35,340 bases of DNA, from positions 1-35,340 of the forward strand of contig CATOOY010000002.1 of the NCBI GenBank assembly GCA_951801995.1. The letters are read 5' to 3'. The notes below the pieces were generated by a model. That model did no database searches. It saw only the letters and a list, made by a program, of their open reading frames with translations, and had not been told where the DNA came from. This DNA is from an uncultured Erysipelotrichaceae bacterium. GTDB lineage: Bacteria > Bacillota_I > Bacilli_A > RF39 > UBA660. The position numbers and the translations under genes are program-made. This document shows positions 7,400 through 16,002 of the stretch, piece after piece. How positions within the stretch are numbered: position 1 is the first letter of the stretch; each line of letters begins with the position of its first letter.

Positions 7400-10300
7400 T
7401 ACGCTTCATCTCCTTCTAAGATTTCTTCTTCGTTTTCCTCCACACTATCTAGTGAATTTTCTTCGAATTCATCCTCATCCTCTTCATAAGGATCCTCTAC
7501 TTGAGATTGTGTCTGCTCAGCAGCACTATCCATAACACTAAGTTCTAAAGATTTCTCAAATTCCTCAGGAGATAAGAAATCATCTTTATCTGTTTCTTCT
7601 AATTCTTTCAGTTCTTGATAAGTACCCTCTTTATCTAAAACTGTTATATCTAAACCTAATGCTTGGAATTCTTTAATTAACACTCTAAAGCTTTCTGGAA
7701 TACCAGATGTTGGAATTTCTTCACCTTTCACAAGTGCTTCATATACTTTTACACGTCCTACAACATCATCTGATTTAATAGTCATCATTTCTTGTAAGAT
7801 ATGAGCAGCACCATAAGCATAAAGTGCCCAAACTTCCATTTCACCAAATCTTTGTCCACCAAACTGTGCTTTACCACCAAGTGGTTGTTGTGTAACAAGA
7901 CTATATGGACCTGTAGAACGAGCATGCAATTTATCATCTACCATGTGGTGAAGTTTTATCATATACATAACACCAACAGATACTTTATTATCAAATGGAT
8001 CTCCTGTACGCCCATCATAAAGTGTAAATTTACCATCCTCTGGAAGTTTTGCTTCTTTTAAAGCATCTAAAATTTCATCTCTTGTAGCACCAGAGAATAC
8101 AGGAGTAGCAACATGAATATTTAAAGATCTAGCTGCCATACCAAGATGCATCTCTAGTATTTGTCCAATATTCATACGAGAAGGAACACCCAGTGGATTA
8201 AGAAGCATATCAACAGGTGTACCATCTTCCAAATATGGCATATCTTCCTCTGGTAAAATAAGCGAAACAACACCTTTATTTCCATGACGACCAGCCATTT
8301 TATCTCCAACTGTAATTTTACGTTTTTGAGCAATATACACACGTACAATCTTAGAAACACCTGCAGGAAGTTCATCTGTATCCTCTTTTGTAAAGATTTT
8401 TACATCATGTACAATACCTTCTCCACCATGAGGAACACGTAAAGATGTATCTCTTACTTCCCTTGTTTTTTCTCCAAAAATAGCATGTAATAATTTTTCT
8501 TCACTGGTAAGCTCTGCCATACCTTTTGGTGTAACTTTTCCAACCAAGATGTCATCATCATGTACTTCTGTCCCAATACGAATAATACCATTTTCATCTA
8601 GATTCTTACGAGCCTCTTCACCAACATTTGGAATATCTCTTGTAAATTCTTCTGCTCCAAGTTTAGTATCTCTACATTCTATTTGATAATCTTCTATGTG
8701 AATAGAAGTATAAACATCATCTTTTACAAGACGTTCATTTAAGATAACAGCATCTTCATAGTTATAACCATTATAGTTCATAAAAGCAACAGTTACGTTT
8801 TTACCAAGTGCCATTTCTCCTTTTTCAGTAGAAGGACCATCAGCAATAACCTCACCTCTTGTTACTGCATCGCCTTTTACTACAATTGGTACTTGATGAT
8901 AACAAGTTCCAGCATTACTTTTTTCAAAACCATTTAAATAGTATGTATCTGCATTTTTAGCTGTTTTTACAATGATTTTATTGGCATCTACATAATCGAC
9001 AATCCCATCTGCTTTTGCAATCACTACTGCACCAGAATCTCTAGCAGCAACAGCCTCAATTCCAGTTCCAACAAGAGGTGCCTCTGCTTTTAAAAGTGGA
9101 ATTGCTTGACGTTGCATATTGGCACCCATAAGTGCTCTTTTTCCATCATCATGTTCTAGAAATGGAATACCACTTGTGGTAATAGAAACAACTTGTTGAG
9201 CAGATACATCTATATAATCCACTTCTTCAGGGGTAACCAAAATATTCTCCCCACGATAACGAACAGGAACTCTCTCTGCTACTATTTTCCCATCTTTTTG
9301 AGCAATAGTTGCTTGTGAAATATAATATTCAAGTTCTTCATCAGCAGTCATATATACAATTTCATCAGTAAGATGACAATTTTCTATTTTACGGTAAGGA
9401 GTCATAATAAATCCATACTCATTTACTTTAGCATAGCTAGCAAGTGATGTAATTAAACCTATATTAGGTCCTTCAGGAGATTCGATAGGACAAAGTCTAC
9501 CATAATGAGATGGATTAACATCACGTACTTCCATTCCAGCACGATCTCTTGAAAGTCCACCTGGACCTAAAGAAGAAAGTCTTCTCTTATTAGCAAGTTC
9601 GGCAATGGGATTGGTTTGATCCATAAATTGTGAAAGCTGACTACTTCCAAAAAATTCTTTAATAGCAGCTGTAAGAGGTCTAATATTGATAAGTGTTTTA
9701 GGAGTAACCTCTGTAATTTCTTGTGTACTCATACGATCACGAATAACTCTCTCAATTCTACCCATACCTACTTTAAATTGATTTTGTAAAAGTTCTCCTA
9801 CACGACGTACACGACGATTTGATAAATGATCTATTTCATCAAAATTACCAATACCATCTAATAAATTTAAATAATAAGAAATAGAGGCATATATATCAGA
9901 TATAGTAAGTCTTTTTAAATCAATACTTTGATCATTTCCAATTACTTTAATTACTTTATCAGGATTTACTTTAGAATATACATGAACAATTTGTACTTTA
10001 TTATAAGTATCTAAATCCTCATTAATTAAAACCTCTGTCATACCATAACCATCTTGTAATACTTCTTTTAATTTATCTACATCATTCTTAGTAATAACAG
10101 TATCTTTGGCAAAAACAATCTCTTTCCCAACTTTAATGTTTTCTGCAAGTTTAGAACCAATTAAACGATCAATAATATTTAATTTTCTGTTAAATTTGTA
10201 ACGACCAACTTTTGCTAAATCATAGCGAAAAGAATCAAAAAATCTAGTAATTAATTGATTTTTGGCACTATCCAAGGTAGAAGGTTCACCAGGTCTTAAT

Positions 10301-11016
10301 TTAGAATGAATATCAATTAAAGATTCATCTAAATTTTTATTAGCATCTTTTTCAATAGTTCTTTGTAAATACTCATCTTCCCCATATAAAGATAAAATAT
10401 CTTCATCACTAGAAAGACCTAGTGCACGAAGAAGAGTTGTAATAGGCACTTTTCTAGTACGATCAATACGAACATAAATAACCCCTCTTGCATCTGTTTC
10501 ATACTCAAGCCAAGTACCTTTGGTAGGAATAAGTTGAGAAGTGACAACAATTCTACCATTTTTATCTACTTCTTTTCCAAAATAAACAGAAGGAGAACGA
10601 ACAAGTTGAGAAACAATAACTCTTTCTGCTCCATTAATAATAAATGTTCCACTATCTGTCATAATAGGCATATCGCCAAGATAAATAGTTTGTTCTTTTA
10701 CTTCCCCTGTTTCTCCATTAAAAAGCCTAGCCTCCACTTTAAGTGGTGCTGCATAAGTTGCATATCTTTCTTTACAACCTTTAATAGAATATCTAGGTTC
10801 TTCAAAAAAGAAATTTCCAAATTCAAGTGTTACATTTCCTGTAAAGCTTTCCACAGGTGAAATCTCATCAAGGACTTCTTTAATTCCTTCATCAATAAAC
10901 CAGTTATAATCTTCTTTTTGTATTTCAAGTAAATTTTCAAGTTCTATAGCATTTTTTGTTTTAGCATAATTTCTTCTTTCACGGTGATCTCCAAATTTTT
11001 TAACAGTATAAGCCAC
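7399..11016 (-). CDS. rpoB: DNA-directed RNA polymerase subunit beta
   Basis: The ORF runs to 11061, but GTG at 11016 gives [31 protein letters not shown], which aligns with the B. subtilis RpoB N-terminus (..YGRHRQRRSYAR..LIEIQTSSYQWF). AGGGGTGA lies 5 nt upstream of that GTG. The TTG at 11061 sits in the loop of a leader hairpin. There is a C-terminal acidic extension of about 70 aa. Confidence 0.96.
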   Translation of the reverse strand: MAYTVKKFGDHRERRNYAKTKNAIELENLLEIQKEDYNWFIDEGIKEVLDEISPVESFTGNVTLEFGNFFFEEPRYSIKGCKERYATYAAPLKVEARLFNGETGEVKEQTIYLGDMPIMTDSGTFIINGAERVIVSQLVRSPSVYFGKEVDKNGRIVVTSQLIPTKGTWLEYETDARGVIYVRIDRTRKVPITTLLRALGLSSDEDILSLYGEDEYLQRTIEKDANKNLDESLIDIHSKLRPGEPSTLDSAKNQLITRFFDSFRYDLAKVGRYKFNRKLNIIDRLIGSKLAENIKVGKEIVFAKDTVITKNDVDKLKEVLQDGYGMTEVLINEDLDTYNKVQIVHVYSKVNPDKVIKVIGNDQSIDLKRLTISDIYASISYYLNLLDGIGNFDEIDHLSNRRVRRVGELLQNQFKVGMGRIERVIRDRMSTQEITEVTPKTLINIRPLTAAIKEFFGSSQLSQFMDQTNPIAELANKRRLSSLGPGGLSRDRAGMEVRDVNPSHYGRLCPIESPEGPNIGLITSLASYAKVNEYGFIMTPYRKIENCHLTDEIVYMTADEELEYYISQATIAQKDGKIVAERVPVRYRGENILVTPEEVDYIDVSAQQVVSITTSGIPFLEHDDGKRALMGANMQRQAIPLLKAEAPLVGTGIEAVAARDSGAVVIAKADGIVDYVDANKIIVKTAKNADTYYLNGFEKSNAGTCYHQVPIVVKGDAVTRGEVIADGPSTEKGEMALGKNVTVAFMNYNGYNYEDAVILNERLVKDDVYTSIHIEDYQIECRDTKLGAEEFTRDIPNVGEEARKNLDENGIIRIGTEVHDDDILVGKVTPKGMAELTSEEKLLHAIFGEKTREVRDTSLRVPHGGEGIVHDVKIFTKEDTDELPAGVSKIVRVYIAQKRKITVGDKMAGRHGNKGVVSLILPEEDMPYLEDGTPVDMLLNPLGVPSRMNIGQILEMHLGMAARSLNIHVATPVFSGATRDEILDALKEAKLPEDGKFTLYDGRTGDPFDNKVSVGVMYMIKLHHMVDDKLHARSTGPYSLVTQQPLGGKAQFGGQRFGEMEVWALYAYGAAHILQEMMTIKSDDVVGRVKVYEALVKGEEIPTSGIPESFRVLIKEFQALGLDITVLDKEGTYQELKELEETDKDDFLSPEEFEKSLELSVMDSAAEQTQSQVEDPYEEDEDEFEENSLDSVEENEEEILEGDEA

Positions 11017-11087
11017 TTTTTCACCCCTATAACTATATTTTCCGTATACATAGACACCCAAAAAACAGTCTATGTCACCAATTTAAA

Positions 11088-11116
11088 ATTTTAACAAAAG
11101 TTTTAATATTTGTCAA
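11088..11116 (-). promoter_or_regulatory. Sigma-A-type promoter for rpoBC: TTGACA, 17 nt, TAAAAT with an upstream TG
   Basis: The minus strand reads gTTGACAaatattaaaacttttgtTAAAAT. The -35 overlaps the TGA stop of the upstream methyltransferase gene. A leader hairpin follows: ACAUAGAC / GUCUAUGU, 8 bp, at 11048-11075. Confidence 0.5.
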
Positions 11117-11700
11117 CCGATTTCGGCTTCTATAATATAAAAACCTTTATTTTTATCTAAAATACGTACCACATATTCCGATTCAAGCATTTTATAAGTA
11201 CTTTTAGCACCTTGATCCTTATGAATCACAAAAATAAGTTTTCCATCTTTTTTCAAATGTTTTTTTGCGCCTATCAAAATATTATAAAGTATCTTTTTTC
11301 CTACTCGAATAGGAGGATTTGTAATAATAAAATCATAGTTTTTTGTTACCTTTTGATAACAATCACTTTCAAATATATTTACATTTACTTTATTTATTTC
11401 TGCGTTCTTTTTAGCAAGATTTAAACTCCTTTTATTTATATCTATCATATCTACTATAACAGGATATATTTTTTTAAGGTAAATTCCTATAGGACCATAC
11501 CCACAGCCCAAATCAAGTACATTCCCTTTTATATCTTTTCTAGAAACTGTTTCTAATAAAGATCTTGTTCCAAAATCAAGTCCCTTTTTAGAAAAAACAC
11601 CATTATCTACATAAAAAATAAAATCATTTTCATTTATTTTAACCCTTACTTGTTTTTCTTCACTTTTAAGTGTAGAATCATTTTCAAAATAATGAGACAT
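11113..11700 (-). CDS. Class I SAM-dependent methyltransferase (RsmC/RsmD-like small MTase domain). It occupies the position of B. subtilis ybxB between rplL and rpoB.
   Basis: 195 aa with SAM-binding motif I VLDLGCGYGPIG and the ITNPPIRVG (NPPx) motif. Its synteny matches the Bacillus rplL-ybxB-rpoB arrangement. Confidence 0.8.
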   Translation of the reverse strand: MSHYFENDSTLKSEEKQVRVKINENDFIFYVDNGVFSKKGLDFGTRSLLETVSRKDIKGNVLDLGCGYGPIGIYLKKIYPVIVDMIDINKRSLNLAKKNAEINKVNVNIFESDCYQKVTKNYDFIITNPPIRVGKKILYNILIGAKKHLKKDGKLIFVIHKDQGAKSTYKMLESEYVVRILDKNKGFYIIEAEIG

Positions 11701-11932
11701 TCACTTTTTTTCCTAAAAAATTATTTATTTTAGAAGTATTTTCATGTTGGATAGTATTTAAAATATACCCCCATACACAAATAGAAGTCTTTCCTAAAGG
11801 AATTAAAACTCTACAGAAAAGGTCCACTACCCTTCTAACAAGTAAAGGAAAAAGAGAAAAAATAGATTGCTTCAAATAAACAAGATCTCCAGTTTTGAAT
11901 TGCCCTTTATCATATTTTTTAACATTTAACAT
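11684..11932 (-). CDS. Hypothetical 82-aa protein; coding status uncertain
   Basis: It lies on the same strand as its neighbours. An AGGTGGT SD sits 8 nt before the ATG. It overlaps the methyltransferase start by 17 nt. I recognise no family. An 82-codon open frame is not trivial in DNA this AT-rich. Confidence 0.3.
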   Translation of the reverse strand: MLNVKKYDKGQFKTGDLVYLKQSIFSLFPLLVRRVVDLFCRVLIPLGKTSICVWGYILNTIQHENTSKINNFLGKKVNVSLF

Positions 11933-11984
11933 TGACTATTACCACCTAACTATATAAGCACATGATAAATATACATTATAAGAT

Positions 11985-12017
11985 GGCAAAAGCCCATACT
12001 ATTTTTTAGTATAGGCT
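11985..12017 (-). terminator. Putative intrinsic terminator after rplL
   Basis: The minus strand reads AGCCUAUACUA-AAAAA-UAGUAUGGGCU, an 11-bp stem with one G:U pair. It is followed by UUUGCC, a short U-tract. Confidence 0.45.
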
Positions 12018-12034
12018 AAAGCTTACTTTTTTTA

Positions 12035-12403
12035 TTATTTTAATTCAACAGTAGCGCCAGCTTCTTCGAATTTAGCTTTGATTTCATTTGCTTCATCAGT
12101 AGAAACACCTTCTTTAACATTTCCACCATTATCAGCAATGTCTTTAGCTTCTTTAAGACCAAGTCCAGTATATTCACGAACAAGCTTAATAACAGCAATT
12201 TTATTTGCTCCTGCTGCTGTAAGTACAACATTTACAGTAGAAGGTCCTGCTTCTTCTGCTCCTGCTTGTGGTGCAGCTGCAACTGCTACTGCAGATGGAT
12301 CTACACCAAATTCCTCTTTCATTGCATCTACTAATTCTTTTACTTCAAGAATTGTCATTTCTTTTAATCCATTAATAAATTCATCTTTTGTAAATTTTGC
12401 CAT
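12035..12403 (-). CDS. rplL: 50S ribosomal protein L7/L12
   Basis: 122 aa with an Ala-rich hinge ([17 protein letters not shown]) and the C-terminal domain [21 protein letters not shown]. Confidence 0.97.
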   Translation of the reverse strand: MAKFTKDEFINGLKEMTILEVKELVDAMKEEFGVDPSAVAVAAAPQAGAEEAGPSTVNVVLTAAGANKIAVIKLVREYTGLGLKEAKDIADNGGNVKEGVSTDEANEIKAKFEEAGATVELK

Positions 12404-12417
12404 TGTTTATTCCTCCT

Positions 12418-12909
12418 TTAATTTTCCTTTTGATCACTATATAAATTTAAAGCGATAGATAAATCTCTTACAGTACCCATAAGTCCTGATGCAAGCATTG
12501 TAAGAAGTGTTTCTCTAGATGGTACTGCTGCAAGTTTTTTAAGTAATTCGATATCTGCTACTTCTCCATCCACAATTCCCATTTTAAGTTCTAAAGCGGG
12601 ATGTTTTTTCGCAAATTCACTTACTGTTTTAATAGGTGCGATAGTATCTTTACCAAACGCAACTACTTTTGGTCCTTCTAATTCTTCATTCAATTTAATT
12701 TGTAAAGAATCTAAAGCTCTTTTTGTAAGTGTATTTTTATATACTTTTAGTTCACAACCATTTTCACGAAGTTTTCTTCTTAAATCGGTTTGTTCTGCTA
12801 CAGAAAGACCATTGTTATCAAACCAAACAGTTGTTGCAGAATTTTTAATATGAGAAGCTATCTCTTCTACAACTAAACCTTTTTGATCCAATATTTTTTG
12901 ATTTGCCAT
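12418..12909 (-). CDS. rplJ: 50S ribosomal protein L10
   Basis: 163 aa, located immediately upstream of rplL, with a typical L10 sequence (..LRRKLRENGCELKVYKNTL..). AAGGAGG SD. Confidence 0.95.
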   Translation of the reverse strand: MANQKILDQKGLVVEEIASHIKNSATTVWFDNNGLSVAEQTDLRRKLRENGCELKVYKNTLTKRALDSLQIKLNEELEGPKVVAFGKDTIAPIKTVSEFAKKHPALELKMGIVDGEVADIELLKKLAAVPSRETLLTMLASGLMGTVRDLSIALNLYSDQKEN

Positions 12910-13060
12910 AATAACCTCCTTTTCTTATATTACAAATAGAAAAGTTCTTACTGATAAATTCCGTAAGAACTTCAAAGGTTCAAAATGTATTTGATGCCTC
13001 GGTAGGAAATTAAGCTAAAAGCACCTACTGTCTACGGTAATATTTTTTCTCTAACGAATT
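12910..13060 (-). promoter_or_regulatory. rplJ leader, L10-leader-like, with an intrinsic attenuator hairpin
   Basis: About 150-nt untranslated leader. It contains a GUAGG...CCUAC helix inside CCGUAGACAGUAGGUGCUUUUAGCUUAAUUUCCUACCGAGGC. A 10-bp hairpin AAGUUCUUAC / GUAAGAACUU (12942-12972) follows, trailed by UUUUCUAUUU, about 30 nt before the SD. This layout matches the L10(L12)4-responsive attenuator described for the Bacillus rplJL operon. Confidence 0.6.
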
Positions 13061-13061
13061 T

Positions 13062-13089
13062 ATTATAACACTTTTTTTCTAAAAGTCAA
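13062..13089 (-). promoter_or_regulatory. Sigma-A promoter for rplJL: TTGACT, 16 nt, TATAAT with an extended TG
   Basis: The minus strand reads gcTTTGACTtttagaaaaaaagTGtTATAAT. It overlaps the rplA stop codon. Confidence 0.6.
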
Positions 13090-13774
13090 AGCTATTTATA
13101 TCTACTTTTACAGAAGGTCCCATTGTAGAAGCAATTGCTATATTTTGAATATAGGTTCCTTTTACTACAGATGGTTTTGCTTTATAAATAAGTGTTACAA
13201 ATGATTTTATATTTTCTACTAAAGCTTTATCTTCAAATGAAGATTTTCCAACAAGAACATGTACATTTCCATAACTATCTGTTCTATATTCTACACGTCC
13301 TTTTTTTACTTCTTCTACAGCTTTCTTGACATCCATGGTAACAGTTCCTGTTTTAGGATTTGGCATAAGTCCTTTTGGTCCAAGTACTCTACCTAGTTTA
13401 CCTAAAGCAGGCATCATATCAGGAGTTGCGATCATAGTATCAAAACCAAACCAATTTTCTTTTTCGATTTTTTCTAACATATCTGTATCTCCAACAAAAT
13501 CAGCACCTGCTTCTAGAGCTGCTTTTGCCTGATCTCCTTTTGCAATAACTAAAACTGTTTTTGTTTTTCCAATTCCATTTGGAAGTACAGCTGCACCTCT
13601 AAGTTGTTGTTCAGCTTTTCTAGTATCTAAATTAAGTCTCATTGCAAGTTCAATAGAAGAATCAAATGTAGTAATTGCAGTTTTCTTTACCAAAGGTACT
13701 GCTTCTTCTAAAGAGTATGCTTTATTTTTTTCAACAAGCTTACTTGCTTCTACATATTTTTTACTTCTTTTCAT
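13079..13774 (-). CDS. rplA: 50S ribosomal protein L1
   Basis: 231 aa with a typical L1 sequence (MKRSKKY...[11 protein letters not shown]..). AAGGAGG SD. Confidence 0.97.
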   Translation of the reverse strand: MKRSKKYVEASKLVEKNKAYSLEEAVPLVKKTAITTFDSSIELAMRLNLDTRKAEQQLRGAAVLPNGIGKTKTVLVIAKGDQAKAALEAGADFVGDTDMLEKIEKENWFGFDTMIATPDMMPALGKLGRVLGPKGLMPNPKTGTVTMDVKKAVEEVKKGRVEYRTDSYGNVHVLVGKSSFEDKALVENIKSFVTLIYKAKPSVVKGTYIQNIAIASTMGPSVKVDINSFDF

Positions 13775-13785
13775 TTCATTTCCTC

Positions 13786-13829
13786 CTTATGTGGTAATTG
13801 CGGGCTTGCGGATCCTCCCACATAATCAA
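13786..13829 (-). promoter_or_regulatory. Structured rplK-rplA intergenic element, a candidate L1-binding autoregulatory site
   Basis: The RNA reads UUAUGUGG-GAGGAUCCGCAAGCCCGCAAUUA-CCACAUAA and is immediately followed by the rplA SD GGAGG. The closing helix is 8 bp. A GGGAGG follows the 5' strand of that helix. The GUGGGAGG...CCAC core recurs upstream of rplK. Confidence 0.45.
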
Positions 13830-14258
13830 CTATTCTTCGATGTTTATTCCCATATTTTTAGCAGTACCTGCCACTATTTTCATAGCATCTTCAATAGTAT
13901 AACAATTTAAATCTGGTAATTTAATTTCAGCAATTTCTTTCAGTTGAGCTTGTGTAAGTGTACCCACTACTTCTTTTGATCCCTTTGTACTTCCTTTTTT
14001 AAGTTTCAAAAGTTTTTTAATTAAGAATGCTGTAGGTGGAGTTTTTACTACAAAGTCAAAACTTCTATCTTCATAAATAGTAATTTCAACTGGTAATACA
14101 TCACCCATTTTATCTTTAGTTGCATCATTATATTTTGTACAAAATTCTTGTAAATTGATTCCAGCAGGTCCAAGTACAGTTCCAACGGGTGGAGCTGGTG
14201 TAGCTTTCCCTGCAGGAATGTGAATTTTGATAATTTTACTTACTTTTTTTGCTGCCAC
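13830..14258 (-). CDS. rplK: 50S ribosomal protein L11
   Basis: The true start is probably GTG at 14258, giving MAAKKVSKIIKIHIPAGKATPAPPVGTVLGPAG. It is preceded by GGAGGTG with a 6-nt spacer. The track start at 14267 lies inside that SD. Confidence 0.95.
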   Translation of the reverse strand: MAAKKVSKIIKIHIPAGKATPAPPVGTVLGPAGINLQEFCTKYNDATKDKMGDVLPVEITIYEDRSFDFVVKTPPTAFLIKKLLKLKKGSTKGSKEVVGTLTQAQLKEIAEIKLPDLNCYTIEDAMKIVAGTAKNMGINIEE

Positions 14259-14284
14259 GAAAAACACCTCCTAATATTTTTTTC

Positions 14285-14345
14285 GTGAGTGGTTCAAATA
14301 GCATCTTTCTTATCCGCATCAAATAGATGCATGCCTCCCACTTTG
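14285..14345 (-). promoter_or_regulatory. Structured rplK 5' leader, a candidate second L1-binding-like element
   Basis: The RNA reads AAGUGG-GAGGCAU-GCAUCuauuuGAUGC-GGAUAAGAAAG-AUGC-UAUUUGAA-CCACU. The outer helix is AGUGG / CCACU, nested helices are GCAU / AUGC and GCAUC / GAUGC, and GGGAGG again follows the outer 5' strand. Confidence 0.4.
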
Positions 14346-14368
14346 TGCTACTTATTCATAGCGAAACT

Positions 14369-14397
14369 AATATAACACATTTTTAAATTTTTGTCTA
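14369..14397 (-). promoter_or_regulatory. Sigma-A-type promoter for rplKA: TAGACA, 17 nt, TATATT with an extended TG
   Basis: The minus strand reads gaaTAGACAaaaatttaaaaatgTGtTATATT. Confidence 0.5.
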
Positions 14398-14494
14398 TTC
14401 TTTTTATGTGACTTTCTCTTATTTTTATGCTTTTTTGATAAAAAAAATGAAATGATTTGATTTTTTTTTCGTTTTTATGAAAAAAGATAGAAAA

Positions 14495-15028
14495 CTATAC
14501 TTTCTCTATCTCATGTAATTCTAATTCTACAATAGTCTCTTGTCCAAATAAGTCAAGAGCAACTTCTAACTTTTGATTTTCCATATCTAGGGAACGTATT
14601 TTACCAAACATACCAGCAAAAGGTCCAGATAAAACTTTAACAGAATCATCCATAGCAAGTTCATTTTCCATATCAAGTCTACTCATTCCCATAGAACCTA
14701 AAATATGATCCACTTCTTGCTTTGTAAGTGGAAACGGTTTAGCTCCCTTTCCAGAAGAACCAATAAACCCTGTAACACCTGGTGTATTACGTACAACAAA
14801 CCAAGCTTCGTCTGTCATAACCATTTCAACTAGTATATAACCAGGGAACATTTTCTTTAATTTTTCTTTTTTTACTCCATCTTTTATTTCTACTTCTTTA
14901 GTTTCAGGAACAATAATTCTATAAATATTATCTTCCATTCCCATGGAACCTGCACGCATTTCTAACTTTTCTTTTACTTTATTTTCATGCCCAGAATATG
15001 TATTTACAACATACCATTCTTTTTCCAT
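14495..15028 (-). CDS. nusG: Transcription termination/antitermination factor NusG
   Basis: Starts MEKEWYVVNTYSGHENKVKEKLE and has a KOW region. The real start is ATG at 15028, with GGTGA 5 nt upstream. It shares one base with the secE TAA (TAATG). The track start at 15043 is a TTG inside secE. Confidence 0.95.
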   Translation of the reverse strand: MEKEWYVVNTYSGHENKVKEKLEMRAGSMGMEDNIYRIIVPETKEVEIKDGVKKEKLKKMFPGYILVEMVMTDEAWFVVRNTPGVTGFIGSSGKGAKPFPLTKQEVDHILGSMGMSRLDMENELAMDDSVKVLSGPFAGMFGKIRSLDMENQKLEVALDLFGQETIVELELHEIEKV

Positions 15029-15216
15029 TATTTCACCATCCAAGAATTAAAAAATGCTAAAACAAAGTCAGTTGCACTAAAAAATAAAGCAAAAACAAGT
15101 ATAAATGTCAAAGTAGCAGTAGAATAAGTAATCATTTCTTTTCGTGTTGGCCATTTTACCTTTTTCATTTCTTTTTTTACTCCATAAAAGAAAGAAATTA
15201 TTTTTTTCATTTTCAC
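15028..15216 (-). CDS. secE: Preprotein translocase subunit SecE
   Basis: 62 aa, with the motif KEMKKVKWPTRKE followed by a single TM helix. It lies immediately upstream of nusG. AGGTG SD. Confidence 0.85.
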   Translation of the reverse strand: MKMKKIISFFYGVKKEMKKVKWPTRKEMITYSTATLTFILVFALFFSATDFVLAFFNSWMVK

Positions 15217-15263
15217 ACCTTCTTATTTTTTCAAAATAAAAACACGTCCCTGTGTTTACTAAA

Positions 15264-15292
15264 ACTATAACACAGCAAAAAAAGAAAGTCAA
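15264..15292 (-). promoter_or_regulatory. Sigma-A promoter for secE-nusG: TTGACT, 17 nt, TATAGT with an extended TG
   Basis: The minus strand reads TTGACTttctttttttgctgTGtTATAGT. The leader then forms a weak hairpin AAACAC-AGGGAC-GUGUUU followed by UUAUUUU (15236-15257). Confidence 0.5.
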
Positions 15293-15377
15293 TTTATATT
15301 TAAAAAAACATCTTCTTTTTTATTATATACATATTTTTTTAAATTATGGTAAGAATAAAAAATAAGGAGGCGAAAAA

Positions 15378-15914
15378 ATGAAGAAATTTTTATTTTTAGT
15401 GTTTAGTATCTCTCTTTGTTTTTCTTTAACAGGTTGTTTTGGTATGACAGCAGACAACAATGATGTAACAGATAACAATGACACCAGTGACATAGATCCA
15501 ACTGCTACGCCTATTGTAAAAGATAAAAACGCACGTATAAGAGAAATTGAAGAGGATGCAAAAAAAGACGCTACAAACGAAGAAGGTATCAAAAAAGAAG
15601 ATATAAATGAAGCTGTAGCGTACATAAATGAGCACAAAGACGATGCATTTAAATCAGATGAAGTATCAGAAAAACTTATCTACTATGGTGCCTATTTAAA
15701 ACATGTTGGAGCAAAAACAGAAAATGCTTCTAAACATGATTTAGCTACACTAGGAGACAATGTACATCAATATGTATCAAAAGTATATGCAGAAACTGAA
15801 GACAAAACAAGTGATGCTGTAAAAGGAATCAAAGACACCATTGATAAAGCAGTAGATGGCATGAAAGATACAAAAGATAAAATTGTAGATGATTTTTATA
15901 ACATGGTAAAATAA
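15378..15914 (+). CDS. Putative lipoprotein of unknown function
   Basis: MKKFLFLVFSISLCFSLTGC carries a lipobox L-T-G-C. AAGGAGG SD lies 7 nt upstream. The mature part is acidic and Lys-rich. It is transcribed divergently from secE. Confidence 0.75.
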   Translation: MKKFLFLVFSISLCFSLTGCFGMTADNNDVTDNNDTSDIDPTATPIVKDKNARIREIEEDAKKDATNEEGIKKEDINEAVAYINEHKDDAFKSDEVSEKLIYYGAYLKHVGAKTENASKHDLATLGDNVHQYVSKVYAETEDKTSDAVKGIKDTIDKAVDGMKDTKDKIVDDFYNMVK

Positions 15915-16002
15915 AAAAAGCAAAAACTGCTTTTCTTTTTTTATTCTATAAAAATTTCTTAAATATATTCATATTTTATGATTACAAAAATGGTAATAAA
16001 AG

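Noticed and set aside
4432-10860. Short ORFs inside or antisense to rpoC and rpoB (4432..4638, 4660..4851, 4679..5056, 7094..7489, 7801..8061, 8172..8375, 10534..10860)
   Set aside because: They are embedded in strongly conserved RNA polymerase genes. Their products are low-complexity and match no recognisable family, so they are frame-shadow artefacts.
12040-13532. ORFs 12040..12231, 12078..12458 (+) and 13326..13532 (+) overlapping rplL, rplJ and rplA
   Set aside because: These are shadows of GC-richer, Ala-rich ribosomal protein genes. The antisense frames of such genes lack stops by chance.
14400-14494. A/T homopolymer-only hairpins after nusG (for example UUUUUUC...GAAAAAA, and the T9 and A8 runs) as the nusG terminator
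   Set aside because: The stems consist almost entirely of A-U pairs, so the predicted stability is negligible. I cannot support a terminator call from sequence alone.
15077-15637. ORFs 15077..15292, 15344..15637 and 15426..15635
   Set aside because: The first overlaps secE and its promoter in another frame. The other two are antisense to the lipoprotein gene, which has a clear SD, signal peptide and lipobox.
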